Of a DNA stretch of 39,784 bases, positions 8,955-17,522 are shown piece after piece. Within the stretch, counting starts at the first letter, position 1. The number at the start of each line of letters is the position of its first letter. Position numbers and translations under genes: made by a program. The stretch lies in the IMG/VR virus record IMGVR_UViG_3300045988_135509, positions 1 through 39,784 of that record. The stretch is one strand, 5' to 3'. A model generated the notes under the pieces. That model was not told the origin of the DNA, ran no database searches, and saw nothing but the letters and a program-made list of their open reading frames with translations. The DNA comes from a virus.

Positions 8955-8973
8955 GAGGGGTTAAGTCCCCTCT
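8954..8973 (+). other. GC hairpin AGAGGGG-N6-CCCCTCT abutting the next RBS (no U-tract)
   Basis: Perfect 7-bp stem read directly. Followed by AAGGAGG rather than a T-run. Confidence 0.5.
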
Positions 8974-8986
8974 AAGGAGGTAAATT

Positions 8987-9184
8987 ATGAAAGTCGAATT
9001 TAGCAATCAAGAATTGATAGATATATACAGTTGTATAGGGGCAGTGATATTAAACAATTCAGAAATAATAGATAAGCAAAATAATAGCGGAAAGAAATTT
9101 AATAATAGGTTAGAAGAAGAAAATAGAAGATTAATGGAATTAACACCTAAAGTATTCAAATTAATAGATTGGGGGAATAATTAA
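8987..9184 (+). CDS. Hypothetical protein (65 aa)
   Basis: AAGGAGG RBS, tight packing. Confidence 0.6.
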   Translation: MKVEFSNQELIDIYSCIGAVILNNSEIIDKQNNSGKKFNNRLEEENRRLMELTPKVFKLIDWGNN

Positions 9185-9627
9185 TGACTTTAGAAGAGTT
9201 TAAAGAACACGCAAAGATTATGGACAAGGAAGAGTTTATACAACGCATGGTAGAAGGAGGTTCTGCTACTTGTCCTAGCAAATATGGTTTAGAAGAAAGT
9301 TGTGGCAGAGATTGTGAAGAATGTGCAAGAAATGCAGTAAAAGACATTAAGTTCAAAGATGATATAGAAAAAGATTTCATAGAAGCAATAAATAAACAAC
9401 CAATTATTGTTTCTGATAGCGTTAATCATCCTTCTCATTATACTCAGGGCAAAATAGAAACCATAGATAAAATAGAAGATGTTTTGGGATTGGAAGGATT
9501 TCAAGCTTACTGTGTGGGTAATGCTATTAAGTATTTGGATAGATATAAGTTAAAGAACGGATTCGAGGATATAAAAAAGGCTAAGAGATACTTGGAGTTT
9601 TATATTGAGAAAACGGAGGGTAAATAG
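9184..9627 (+). CDS. DUF3310-like protein with a Cys-rich N-terminal region
   Basis: SVNHPSHYTQGKIETIDKIE...AIKYLDRYKLKNG...DIKKAKRYLE matches the DUF3310 pattern as I remember it. Confidence 0.65.
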   Translation: MTLEEFKEHAKIMDKEEFIQRMVEGGSATCPSKYGLEESCGRDCEECARNAVKDIKFKDDIEKDFIEAINKQPIIVSDSVNHPSHYTQGKIETIDKIEDVLGLEGFQAYCVGNAIKYLDRYKLKNGFEDIKKAKRYLEFYIEKTEGK

Positions 9628-9628
9628 T

Positions 9629-10030
9629 ATGAAATTTATAACAGTAGAGCACTTTCAAGAACAACCAAAGGAAGTACAAGAAGTGTTATTAGATTGGTGG
9701 AATTGTGAGCCTCACGACATATATGCTTGGGTTATGGATACAAAAGGTAATAAGTGGTGCATAGAAAGTTGTAGTAATCAGATTCAGGCTGATACGATAA
9801 ACAAAGGTAAAGCAGTAGATTTTTGTATCCCACTATTTACAGAAGGACAAATTAGAAGGTTTATAGAGGATAAATTAGATATGAAAATACAATGTGAGAT
9901 ACACCCTTTAACTTTAGATTACATTGTATTAGTTAAAAATAATTCAGGTAATAAAGTATGGATACATACTGGTAAAGAAGATTTATTACAAGCATATTGG
10001 AAAGTGGCATGTATGATAGTTAAGGAGTGA
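9629..10030 (+). CDS. Hypothetical protein (133 aa; ORF open from 9605)
   Basis: ATG 9629 follows GGAGGG. Confidence 0.6.
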   Translation: MKFITVEHFQEQPKEVQEVLLDWWNCEPHDIYAWVMDTKGNKWCIESCSNQIQADTINKGKAVDFCIPLFTEGQIRRFIEDKLDMKIQCEIHPLTLDYIVLVKNNSGNKVWIHTGKEDLLQAYWKVACMIVKE

Positions 10031-10034
10031 TTGT

Positions 10035-10439
10035 ATGGATAGAAAGGAAATTCAAGATAGAATAGAACAGAATAAAAAGGCTTTAGCTGATTTGGATAAG
10101 AAGTATTTAAAAGCTTTTGCACCAGAAGGGTACAAGAGTGGGACAAGCTATAACGACTATGACACGATACACGGAAGCAGAAAAGACCCACGAATAACAG
10201 AATACTTTGAAGAACGTAAGAAGATATTAACCTTAATAGAATTAGATGAGGGATTGCTAGATAAGGTTGATATGGTAGATGTAGACGAAGATGAGTATTT
10301 AAAAGTGCTAGATACCAATATTAAAAAGGTTAAGTTCTTAAGAGATGTAAAAGGATATACTCAACAGGAAGTATCTGATAAGTTAAAACTGGGATTAAGG
10401 ACAGTTCAAAGAATAGAAAAAGAGATACGTAATTTGTAG
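10035..10439 (+). CDS. Putative late-gene transcriptional regulator, sigma-70 region-4-like HTH (ArpU/RinA-type position)
   Basis: C-terminal VKFLRDVKGYTQQEVSDKLKLGLRTVQRIEKEI resembles a sigma region 4 HTH. One of the last sizeable early genes before the packaging module. Confidence 0.55.
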   Translation: MDRKEIQDRIEQNKKALADLDKKYLKAFAPEGYKSGTSYNDYDTIHGSRKDPRITEYFEERKKILTLIELDEGLLDKVDMVDVDEDEYLKVLDTNIKKVKFLRDVKGYTQQEVSDKLKLGLRTVQRIEKEIRNL

Positions 10440-10449
10440 AAAATGCGAA

Positions 10450-10665
10450 GTGATTGGAGAAATAAGTAATATGTTTAAAATAGAAGAATTATTAAATAAA
10501 TGGGATAAGAACAAACCAGTTAGTTTAAGAAAAATACAAGAACATGCTCAGTGTATTCGATGTATTAATAGAAATTCAGAAAGGTGTAAAAGTAAAGATA
10601 AATTCTTAATAAGAGTTTGCTATGATTTTATTCCAAGAAGTTCAAAAACTGAAAATCCATTTTAA
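10450..10665 (+). CDS. Small Cys-rich hypothetical protein (GTG 10450 or ATG 10471)
   Basis: CIRC...C...C pattern. Start uncertain. Confidence 0.45.
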   Translation: MIGEISNMFKIEELLNKWDKNKPVSLRKIQEHAQCIRCINRNSERCKSKDKFLIRVCYDFIPRSSKTENPF

Positions 10666-10695
10666 TTAGTTCATAATTCTAAGAAAGGATAAAAC

Positions 10696-10830
10696 ATGAA
10701 CTTATGTATGTATTGTAAGCATCAGGTATTTAAAAGGTGTCAATATTATTGCACTAAGCATAAAAGAAGATTAAAAAGAAATGAAAAAGGTAGTATATAT
10801 CAATTATGTAGAAAGTACGACAGTAAATAA
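10696..10830 (+). CDS. Small zinc-finger-like protein (44 aa)
   Basis: AGAAAGGA RBS. MNLCMYCKHQVFKRCQYYCTKHKRRLKRNEKG... Confidence 0.4.
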   Translation: MNLCMYCKHQVFKRCQYYCTKHKRRLKRNEKGSIYQLCRKYDSK

Positions 10831-10846
10831 AGGAGGTGAGATAATT

Positions 10847-11008
10847 ATGTTTAAAGCTACTATTGATTTTTTTGATGAATACAAAAAGTATTATATATTG
10901 GCTAATAGTAGAGCAGAAGCAAAAAGCAAATTAGAGAGATACTTAAAAGGAATAGATTTTGTTTGTTATGAACTTGAAACAGTAGAATGTGATTTAATAA
11001 TAAACTAA
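10847..11008 (+). CDS. Small hypothetical protein (53 aa; ORF open from 10781)
   Basis: ATG 10847 follows AAAGGAGGTGA at ideal spacing. Confidence 0.55.
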   Translation: MFKATIDFFDEYKKYYILANSRAEAKSKLERYLKGIDFVCYELETVECDLIIN

Positions 11009-11023
11009 TTCACAATACTAAGA

Positions 11024-11066
11024 AATGGCGTAAAAGTGGCGGTAAGTTGTCAGTAAAGTGGCAGTA
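11024..11066 (+). repeat. Three direct repeats of AA(A)(G/A)TGGC(R)GTA (11024..11033 degenerate, 11030..11044, 11053..11066)
   Basis: Read directly: aaatggcgtaa / gtaaaagtggcggta / gtaaagtggcagta. The last copy overlaps the -35 position of the promoter below. Confidence 0.6.
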
Positions 11067-11083
11067 CCATTTGATTTTTAATG

Positions 11084-11092
11084 TGTTATAAT
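11084..11092 (+). promoter_or_regulatory. Extended -10 promoter element TGtTATAAT without a consensus -35 (candidate activator-dependent late promoter)
   Basis: tgttataat at 11084..11092. The hexamer 17 nt upstream is GTACCA. Confidence 0.45.
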
Positions 11093-11116
11093 GGTATTAA
11101 GTTAAAGTGTAAGATA

Positions 11117-11150
11117 AGTCGGGAGATTAAATTCTCTCGGCTTTTTGTTT
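11117..11150 (+). terminator. Strong rho-independent terminator
   Basis: 10-bp stem AGTCGGGAGA/TCTCTCGGCT (two G-U pairs), 6-nt loop, then CTTTTTGTTTT. Confidence 0.75.
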
Positions 11151-11334
11151 TGCTTTAAAACTGACTGTGAAGCTTAGCTATATTGGCCTTGCTAAGTGGA
11201 GTTTGGAATAGGGTGCATTATTTAGCAATAAGTCTATGGCCAAATGCAACAAGTCTAAATATGGGGTTGGAGTTATAAGGGTTTACCAACGTGTCAGTAA
11301 GGGAGTGGAAGGCTGATGTATAAAACTACTGGAG

Positions 11335-11544
11335 GTGAATGGGTTGGAGAGATATATCAAGAAAGTTTTGCTATTTGGCAAGGATGAAAAGAATAGAGAG
11401 TGTATTTGCAGTTTCTTTAATCCTAGTTGCCAAAAGGGTTATAACGGAGAATGTGAAGAAGTAGAATGCACCATAGATAGATTTGGTGGTATAAAAGAGT
11501 GCTTTAAGAATAATAAAAGAGATCATGCTAAAAGTGATATATAA
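11335..11544 (+). CDS. Possible small Cys-rich protein (GTG start)
   Basis: ORF-track ORF with CICSFFNPSCQKGYNGECEEVEC. Weak start context. Confidence 0.3.
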   Translation: MNGLERYIKKVLLFGKDEKNRECICSFFNPSCQKGYNGECEEVECTIDRFGGIKECFKNNKRDHAKSDI

Positions 11545-11581
11545 AGTGTTGGATTGTTGGTAGAAAGGAGGTAAGTATAAA

Positions 11582-12001
11582 ATGGCTTTAACGGATAAAC
11601 AAAGAGAAGCTATTGAATATATCGTAAAAGGTGAAAACATTAGTAATGTTGCCAAGTTAGTAAAGGTTAATAGAACTACTATTTACGAATGGATGAAAAA
11701 AGAAGAATTTAAGAGTGAAGTAGACAGGCTTACAACAGAGATAAAAAATGGAGTTAAACAAAAGATTAATGCTAAAATAGATTCAGTGCTTGACCAAGTG
11801 TACAAGATAGCCACTACAAGCAAGAGTGAGAAGAATAAGCTAGATGCCTGTACTTATCTGCTAGACCAAGCTTTAGGAAGGGCTACAAGCAAGGTTGCTG
11901 ATGTTACGGACAAGGAAGCAGATAATGCTAAGGTTGACTTAGATAGCGAGATGAAAGACCTCGATAATGTGGTTGATTTCGGCAAAGTTAAGGCGAAATA
12001 A
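11582..12001 (+). CDS. terS: Terminase small subunit (HTH type)
   Basis: AAAGGAGG RBS, N-terminal HTH (ISNVAKLVKVNRTTIYEWMKK), position upstream of terL. Confidence 0.7.
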   Translation: MALTDKQREAIEYIVKGENISNVAKLVKVNRTTIYEWMKKEEFKSEVDRLTTEIKNGVKQKINAKIDSVLDQVYKIATTSKSEKNKLDACTYLLDQALGRATSKVADVTDKEADNAKVDLDSEMKDLDNVVDFGKVKAK

Positions 12002-12275
12002 TTTAATACTTCGCGTAGAGCAACGCGAAATAATAAAAATAACGCCAAAAGTTTAGTGAGAGTAAACAGAAAAGCGTTAAAAATCAGCTAATTGTGAGCC
12101 AAGAATGGCTTAAACACTAGTCTTGTTAGTTACTTCGCAAAAAGGAGATTTAGCGAAATAATTTACTGTGTGCTATTTAACTCCTAGATAGGGGGCGTGG
12201 TTCTAATTTGCCACTCTCTCTAGGGCGGTACTTTAGCTATATAATTTTTATAATAATTTTTCAAACTCGAAAGGA

Positions 12276-12455
12276 ATGAGTGTTTTGGATGATTTCCATA
12301 AAGCAAATACTAAGAAAGTTACTTCTTATGATTTAAATGCTAAATGTGTATGTATAAAATCCAAAAACAAAAAGAATATGAAACGATTATGCAATAAGAA
12401 AGCTAGAAGAGAAACCAATATGATTATAATAGATGAATTTGCATTTAAAGATTAG
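12276..12455 (+). CDS. Possible small basic protein (59 aa, just under the ORF-track cut-off)
   Basis: MSVLDDFHKANTKKVTSYDLNAKCVCIKSKNKKNMKRLCNKKARRETNMIIIDEFAFKD. RBS too close to the ATG. Confidence 0.25.
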   Translation: MSVLDDFHKANTKKVTSYDLNAKCVCIKSKNKKNMKRLCNKKARRETNMIIIDEFAFKD

Positions 12456-12508
12456 CAAATAAGCTAGTCTTTTAATTTTGCCTATCTACCAAGTGTAGAA
12501 AAGGACTC

Positions 12509-12539
12509 TGGAATACTTAATGAGTAATCCGGTTTTTTA
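12509..12539 (+). terminator. Imperfect hairpin plus T6 upstream of the tRNA
   Basis: ctggaatac-ttaatga-gtaatccgg followed by tttttt. Confidence 0.4.
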
Positions 12540-12540
12540 T

Positions 12541-12628
12541 GGAAAGTTGTCCGAGAGGTTTAAGGTGCTTGTTTGCTAAACAAGTGATGTGAAAGCATCC
12601 ACAGGTTCGAATCCTGTACTTTCCGCCA
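12541..12628 (+). tRNA. tRNA-Ser (anticodon GCU), type II with long variable arm, encoded CCA
   Basis: GGAAAGT acceptor pairs with ACTTTCC. Anticodon stem CTTGT/ACAAG with loop TTGCTAA. Variable arm GATGTGAAAGCATC. T-arm ACAGGTTCGAATCCTGT. Ends in GCCA. Confidence 0.9.
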
Positions 12629-12758
12629 TAAGCCAACTATGACCTTGTATGCAATTGGGAATACAAGCGAGTGAAGCAATAAAATATTACCGATACAAGA
12701 TATAAGTCTTTACCCTTTAAAAGCATTCTTGTATTGGAATTATTAAGGAGGTATGAAG

Positions 12759-14492
12759 ATGATACAATTTGACGGATATGAATTAACTGAAAATCAGTAT
12801 AATCTTTATATCCTTAAGAAACATCTGATTAGGTATACTGGCGATATTTTAAAAGCCAATATGCTGATTGAAAAACATAAAAAGAACTTATTCGGTAAGA
12901 ATGGATTAGCAGTAGCACTCGGAGAGCATGACTTTGAGTTTTATTGCTTATATTTTTTACAAGATACATTTGTACCTAAAGAAGATAATACAGCTAGAAA
13001 CCTTGCACCGGTTCACCTTGAAATATGGGAAGAACTAAGCAAGATATTTATAGATGATTTGTACGACAAAGAGGAATTTGTACTTCCTAGAGGTTGTTCT
13101 AAGTCAACTATTATAAATAAAGCTTTAAGCTGCTATGCACATTGTTATAAAAAAAGTAGGTACACTATTGTAATTGGTAATAAAGAAAGTGATGCTACCC
13201 AATTTATTGATGATACTAAGCAAATGCTAAGTAATAAATACATAGTTCAAGGATTTGGTATTTTAGTTAATAGAAAGGAAAGGACAGTTAATAAGATTGA
13301 ACTTGAGTTAACTAATGATACTAAAATTCAAGCCTTTTCTTGGGGTTCTTCTGTAAGAGGTACTACTTATGGATGTATAGATGGTATATTTAGACCTTCT
13401 TTAGTTATATGTGATGATATTCTTAGTGAAGATGATATTTTAAGTGATGGTGCTAAAGAAAAAGTAATTAAAAAGTATTATACAGAAATTGCCGAGGTTG
13501 GTGATACAGAAGTAATAAGAAATGGTGTAAAGATTAAAGCTGCTACCAAGTTTATTATTATTGGTACTCCACTGGCGCCGGATTGCTTTATTAATACAAT
13601 TAGGCAAGATAGCACATTTAAAGTATTTAAAAGAAGTGTGTGTGATTTTGATGTTGATGAATACTTTGAGAATAATCAATGTTGGTTACATTATAAAAAG
13701 ATACTTCTTAATGACAAAATTGATAAAGAAGAAAAAGAGATCTTATTAAAAGAATACTATTCCAAGCATAAAGGTGAAATGGAGTTTAAGACCATTTGGG
13801 AAAAGTACCAATGTGACAAACTGGCGCAGAAATACTTCACAAAAAGAACTGCTTTCATGCAAGAACTTATGTGTTCTACTGAAAAGATAGGGGAAAAGTG
13901 GTTTAAGAGCATGAGAACTCAGTCTAAAGAACAGATTGAGGATAATTATTTCTTAAAAACAATGTTATGCGCTGACCCAGCTTCTACAGTTACAAGAACT
14001 TCTGATAGTACCGCTTTGTGTGTTGGCTCACTTGCCAATAATGGGTTTAAATATGTTAGAAAAGGAATATTAGCAAAGTTAGGCTTTGAAGAGTATTGCC
14101 AAAAGGTGGTTGAGTTATTTAAAGAATATACTCAAGTAACTCACATTTATATTGAAAAGAATACATTCCAAGGGGCAGATGTAATTAGAATAAAAGAAAT
14201 TATTAATGCTGACCCAACTTTAAGAAATAGGCCAGTTACATTTATCAATGAAATGCAGAAAAAAAATAAAGATAACAAAATATCAGCTATGGTTGATGAT
14301 GTTAATTCTGGACAAGTTATATTTAATGAAGATGATAAAGAGTTTAATCAGCAAGTATTAGATTTTGCTGGTCAACTTTATTCTTTGCATGATGATGCTC
14401 CCGATGTAACAAGTGAGTTTTGGAAGAGAATAGATGAAATAGAAGTCAAGCCAAGCTTTTCAATAACAACTTGGGATGAATTATATGATTAA
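12759..14492 (+). CDS. terL: Terminase large subunit (ORF open from 12753)
   Basis: P-loop-like PRGCSKST, Walker-B-like LVICDDILSEDD, C-terminal nuclease-type acidic motifs (LCADPAS, IYIEKN). Directly upstream of the portal gene. Confidence 0.85.
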   Translation: MIQFDGYELTENQYNLYILKKHLIRYTGDILKANMLIEKHKKNLFGKNGLAVALGEHDFEFYCLYFLQDTFVPKEDNTARNLAPVHLEIWEELSKIFIDDLYDKEEFVLPRGCSKSTIINKALSCYAHCYKKSRYTIVIGNKESDATQFIDDTKQMLSNKYIVQGFGILVNRKERTVNKIELELTNDTKIQAFSWGSSVRGTTYGCIDGIFRPSLVICDDILSEDDILSDGAKEKVIKKYYTEIAEVGDTEVIRNGVKIKAATKFIIIGTPLAPDCFINTIRQDSTFKVFKRSVCDFDVDEYFENNQCWLHYKKILLNDKIDKEEKEILLKEYYSKHKGEMEFKTIWEKYQCDKLAQKYFTKRTAFMQELMCSTEKIGEKWFKSMRTQSKEQIEDNYFLKTMLCADPASTVTRTSDSTALCVGSLANNGFKYVRKGILAKLGFEEYCQKVVELFKEYTQVTHIYIEKNTFQGADVIRIKEIINADPTLRNRPVTFINEMQKKNKDNKISAMVDDVNSGQVIFNEDDKEFNQQVLDFAGQLYSLHDDAPDVTSEFWKRIDEIEVKPSFSITTWDELYD

Positions 14493-14504
14493 GGAGGTGT
14501 GCGT

Positions 14505-15878
14505 ATGGACCCAAAAGAACTAGAGTTAATACAAAAGTGTCATAGTGATTTTGAAACTAAGAAAAGTTACTATGATGATATAAATCGCTATTATTATGGG
14601 AATACTGATTCTTTGGTCAACTTTGTGCCACGAAAAGGGCGCTCTAATTTAAAGGCTAAAGCTAATTTTATGCAGAAGTTAATTGATGAGGAAGCACAAT
14701 ATAGTTTTGGTAATGATATCACATATATTGCTAAAGATGATAATAAACAAGTCATTAAAGATATTGACTATAATTTGAGTAATAACAATGAGGATCACGA
14801 TATTAATTTAGGTATAGATTTAATTAAATTTGGTATTGTTTATGAAATTAGCTATTTAATTGAATATGAGCCTAAAAAGTTTAAGTTTAAGAACAAAATT
14901 GTAAGTCCGTTAAATGGATATATGTATATAGTAGATGAAGAACCAAAATACTTTATACATACTTATAAAAAGCAACTTGATGAAAAAGAATATATAGATG
15001 TTTATACAAATAAATCTATATTTCATTTTGATTCAACGTGGACAGAGGTAAAACCAGCTACACAACATTACTTTGGAATTGTTCCAGTTGGTTTTGGAAT
15101 GGTCGGAGGTAAAAGATACAACGAAGATAAGGGCTATATTGAAGGGGATAAGACTATTTATAGAACCATAAAAACAATACAAGATGCTTTTGAAACAAAT
15201 TTAAGTGATATAGTTTGTGAAATTTCTGATTTAAGAAATGCAATACTTAAACTTTATGGGGTTGAAAGCGAAAATGAGGTTGATGAAGAAGGAAAGATTG
15301 TTCTTGATGAAAAAGGTAAGCCTAAAAAGAAACAGCCAGTAATAAAAGATAATACAGTTCTGTTATTCGGAGATAAAAAATCACAGGATGCAGAATGGCT
15401 TATTAAAAATATAAATGATACTTTCATTAAGAATACTAGGGATGACTTGAAAGACCTTATTTATACTCTTACTAGTCATATTGATAGCAACGAAAAAATG
15501 CAAAGTAACTTGTCAGGGGTTGCATTAAGAAGCAGACTACAAAGCTTAGAAGCTAAATGTAAAATGAATGAAAAAGCTATGAAGAATATTATAAGAACTA
15601 GGTTAACTTGTTTGTTTAAGTTTTTGTATTTAACTGCTAGTAAGAAATATGATATTAACTTAATAAAAATAGAGTTTACTCCTAATGTTCCAGTTGATGA
15701 AACTTCAATAGCACAGATGATTTCACAATTACCACATGAAGTTGTGTCAAATGAAACTAAGAGAAGTTGGTTACCTCGTATTGATAATCCTGTTACAGAA
15801 GGGGAAAAGATTAAAAAAGAGGAAAACGAAATGTTTGATTTAGATACAATATCCAAAGAGGGTGTTGTAAATGAATAA
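14505..15878 (+). CDS. Portal protein (SPP1 gp6-like; ORF open from GTG 14499)
   Basis: About 457 aa, AAGGAGGTG RBS, position between terL and the MuF-like gene. Confidence 0.8.
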   Translation: MDPKELELIQKCHSDFETKKSYYDDINRYYYGNTDSLVNFVPRKGRSNLKAKANFMQKLIDEEAQYSFGNDITYIAKDDNKQVIKDIDYNLSNNNEDHDINLGIDLIKFGIVYEISYLIEYEPKKFKFKNKIVSPLNGYMYIVDEEPKYFIHTYKKQLDEKEYIDVYTNKSIFHFDSTWTEVKPATQHYFGIVPVGFGMVGGKRYNEDKGYIEGDKTIYRTIKTIQDAFETNLSDIVCEISDLRNAILKLYGVESENEVDEEGKIVLDEKGKPKKKQPVIKDNTVLLFGDKKSQDAEWLIKNINDTFIKNTRDDLKDLIYTLTSHIDSNEKMQSNLSGVALRSRLQSLEAKCKMNEKAMKNIIRTRLTCLFKFLYLTASKKYDINLIKIEFTPNVPVDETSIAQMISQLPHEVVSNETKRSWLPRIDNPVTEGEKIKKEENEMFDLDTISKEGVVNE

Positions 15879-16755
15879 AGACCAGAAGCTTTTTAGAGAT
15901 AAGTTTATTGAGTTTGCAGAAGAACTTTATAAGCAAGGTGATAAAGAACTTTTAAATCTACTTAGGCAACAAAAAATAGATAGAGATAAGGTACTAAATG
16001 AAGTTGGAATGATATTGTTAAGATATGATATTAAAGACACTTCTTTAAACCTATCTCACGCTGAATACAAGAAGGAATACAAGAATTTAGATATACTTAT
16101 TAGCAATACTTTTGAAAGCCAATACAATGGCGAGAAGGTGGCTACAGACAAGCTATTAAAAATGATAGCAGAGGATAAGTATTATTCTAATTCTTTTTTA
16201 TTGTCGCTAGGTTTGGATTTTAAGCTGAATAAGATAAAAACTAAAGATATAAAGAAAATATTAAATGCAACAATAGAAGGTAAGAACTATAGTGACCGAA
16301 TATGGACTAATAAAAATAAAGTTGCCAAGGTTATTAAGAAAGAAATGAAAGACTTCCTACAAGGTAATACCAATGTAAATGATATTTATAAAGTTGTTAA
16401 AGATAGATTTAATCAAAGTGCGTACATAACTAGAAGGTTAGTTCAAAATGAAGTTGGAAGAGTTCAAAATGAAGCAAATGAGTTATGGGCTAAAGATAAT
16501 GGAATTGAATACCAACTTTTTGATGCAACTTTAGATAATAAAACTACAGAGTTATGTCAATCACTAGATGGTACAGTTTATAGGGCTGATGACCCTAACA
16601 AGAGAATACCTAATATTAATACTCATGTTAATTGTAGAAGTTGTCTTATTTCTTTACCTAGCAAAGATTATAAGCCACGTTCAAGAATAAATAATATATC
16701 TAAAAAAGATATAGATTGGACTACTTATAAAGAATGGAAAAGTAAAAATGTTTAA
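15871..16755 (+). CDS. Minor head protein, SPP1 gp7 / Mu F-like
   Basis: NEVGRVQNEANELWAKDNGIEYQLFDATLDNKTTELCQSLDGTVY resembles the MuF-domain core. Overlaps the portal stop. Confidence 0.75.
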   Translation: MNKDQKLFRDKFIEFAEELYKQGDKELLNLLRQQKIDRDKVLNEVGMILLRYDIKDTSLNLSHAEYKKEYKNLDILISNTFESQYNGEKVATDKLLKMIAEDKYYSNSFLLSLGLDFKLNKIKTKDIKKILNATIEGKNYSDRIWTNKNKVAKVIKKEMKDFLQGNTNVNDIYKVVKDRFNQSAYITRRLVQNEVGRVQNEANELWAKDNGIEYQLFDATLDNKTTELCQSLDGTVYRADDPNKRIPNINTHVNCRSCLISLPSKDYKPRSRINNISKKDIDWTTYKEWKSKNV

Positions 16756-16888
16756 TTAGCACTTAGGAAACTAAGGCTTTTTATTATGCCTTTTATAGCT
16801 TACCACAAGGCTTTAAAGAATGGGATAGCAATAATATTAAGTTGAACTTTATGGGGCATTTATGAACTGTAAGGGGCAAGGAGGATAT

Positions 16889-17494
16889 ATGAAAAAGAGT
16901 GATTTATTAAAACTAATAGAAACAATAGCTGATGATGGGGACATAAACGAAGTAATCCTTGGGGCTGACGAGTTTAAGGGATTAGGGAAAGTGGACTTAT
17001 CTAAGCTAAGTACTGATGAGTTTAAAAACTTACTAACAACAAATGAAGCAATTAAAGGTTATATGACTTCTCGTGATGATAGCATTAGGTCATCTGCGGT
17101 AGAAACCTTCAAGAGCGGCAAAATGAAAGAACTTATAGATAAGGCGGTTGAAGAAGCAAAGAATGGAAAGAAAACTCCAGAGCAAGAAAGAATCGAAGAA
17201 TTGGAAAAGCAATTTGCTGAATCACAAGCCCAAATTCAAAGACAAAATACCATTAACAAATATACAGGAGTTTTAAAAGAAAAGGGATTACCTACTGAAC
17301 TAGTAGATTTTGTTTATGGCGATGGTAAAGAAGAAACTATTGATAAGAATATTGAAACATTAGGGACAGTGTTTACTAGTGCTATCGATAGTGGTGTTAA
17401 ATCGAAGTTAGGTACAAGTTCTTATGTACCACCAAATGATGATGCAACAAATGCACTTGATGCACAAATTGCCAGTGCAATGGGTGTAAAATAA
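16889..17494 (+). CDS. Scaffolding protein (ORF open from 16862)
   Basis: AAGGAGGA RBS before ATG 16889. Acidic and helical. Immediately upstream of the capsid gene. Confidence 0.6.
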   Translation: MKKSDLLKLIETIADDGDINEVILGADEFKGLGKVDLSKLSTDEFKNLLTTNEAIKGYMTSRDDSIRSSAVETFKSGKMKELIDKAVEEAKNGKKTPEQERIEELEKQFAESQAQIQRQNTINKYTGVLKEKGLPTELVDFVYGDGKEETIDKNIETLGTVFTSAIDSGVKSKLGTSSYVPPNDDATNALDAQIASAMGVK

Positions 17495-17522
17495 TTTATT
17501 TAAAAAGGATAGGTGATATTTT

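Noticed and set aside
8954-8973. GAGGGG-N6/7-CCCCTC hairpins at 8954..8973, 18902..18927 and 29657..29674 as copies of a dispersed repeat element
   Set aside because: They share only a short G/C stem with no flanking similarity. One is an ordinary terminator. The others lack U-tracts and overlap stop/RBS regions, so they are most simply independent small hairpins.
12276-12455. The 59-aa ORF ending ..NMIIIDEFAFKD as a remnant of another terminase (Walker-B-like IIIDE)
   Set aside because: The similarity rests on five residues, and the rest is low-complexity and basic. It cannot be supported without a database search. It is kept only as a low-confidence ORF.
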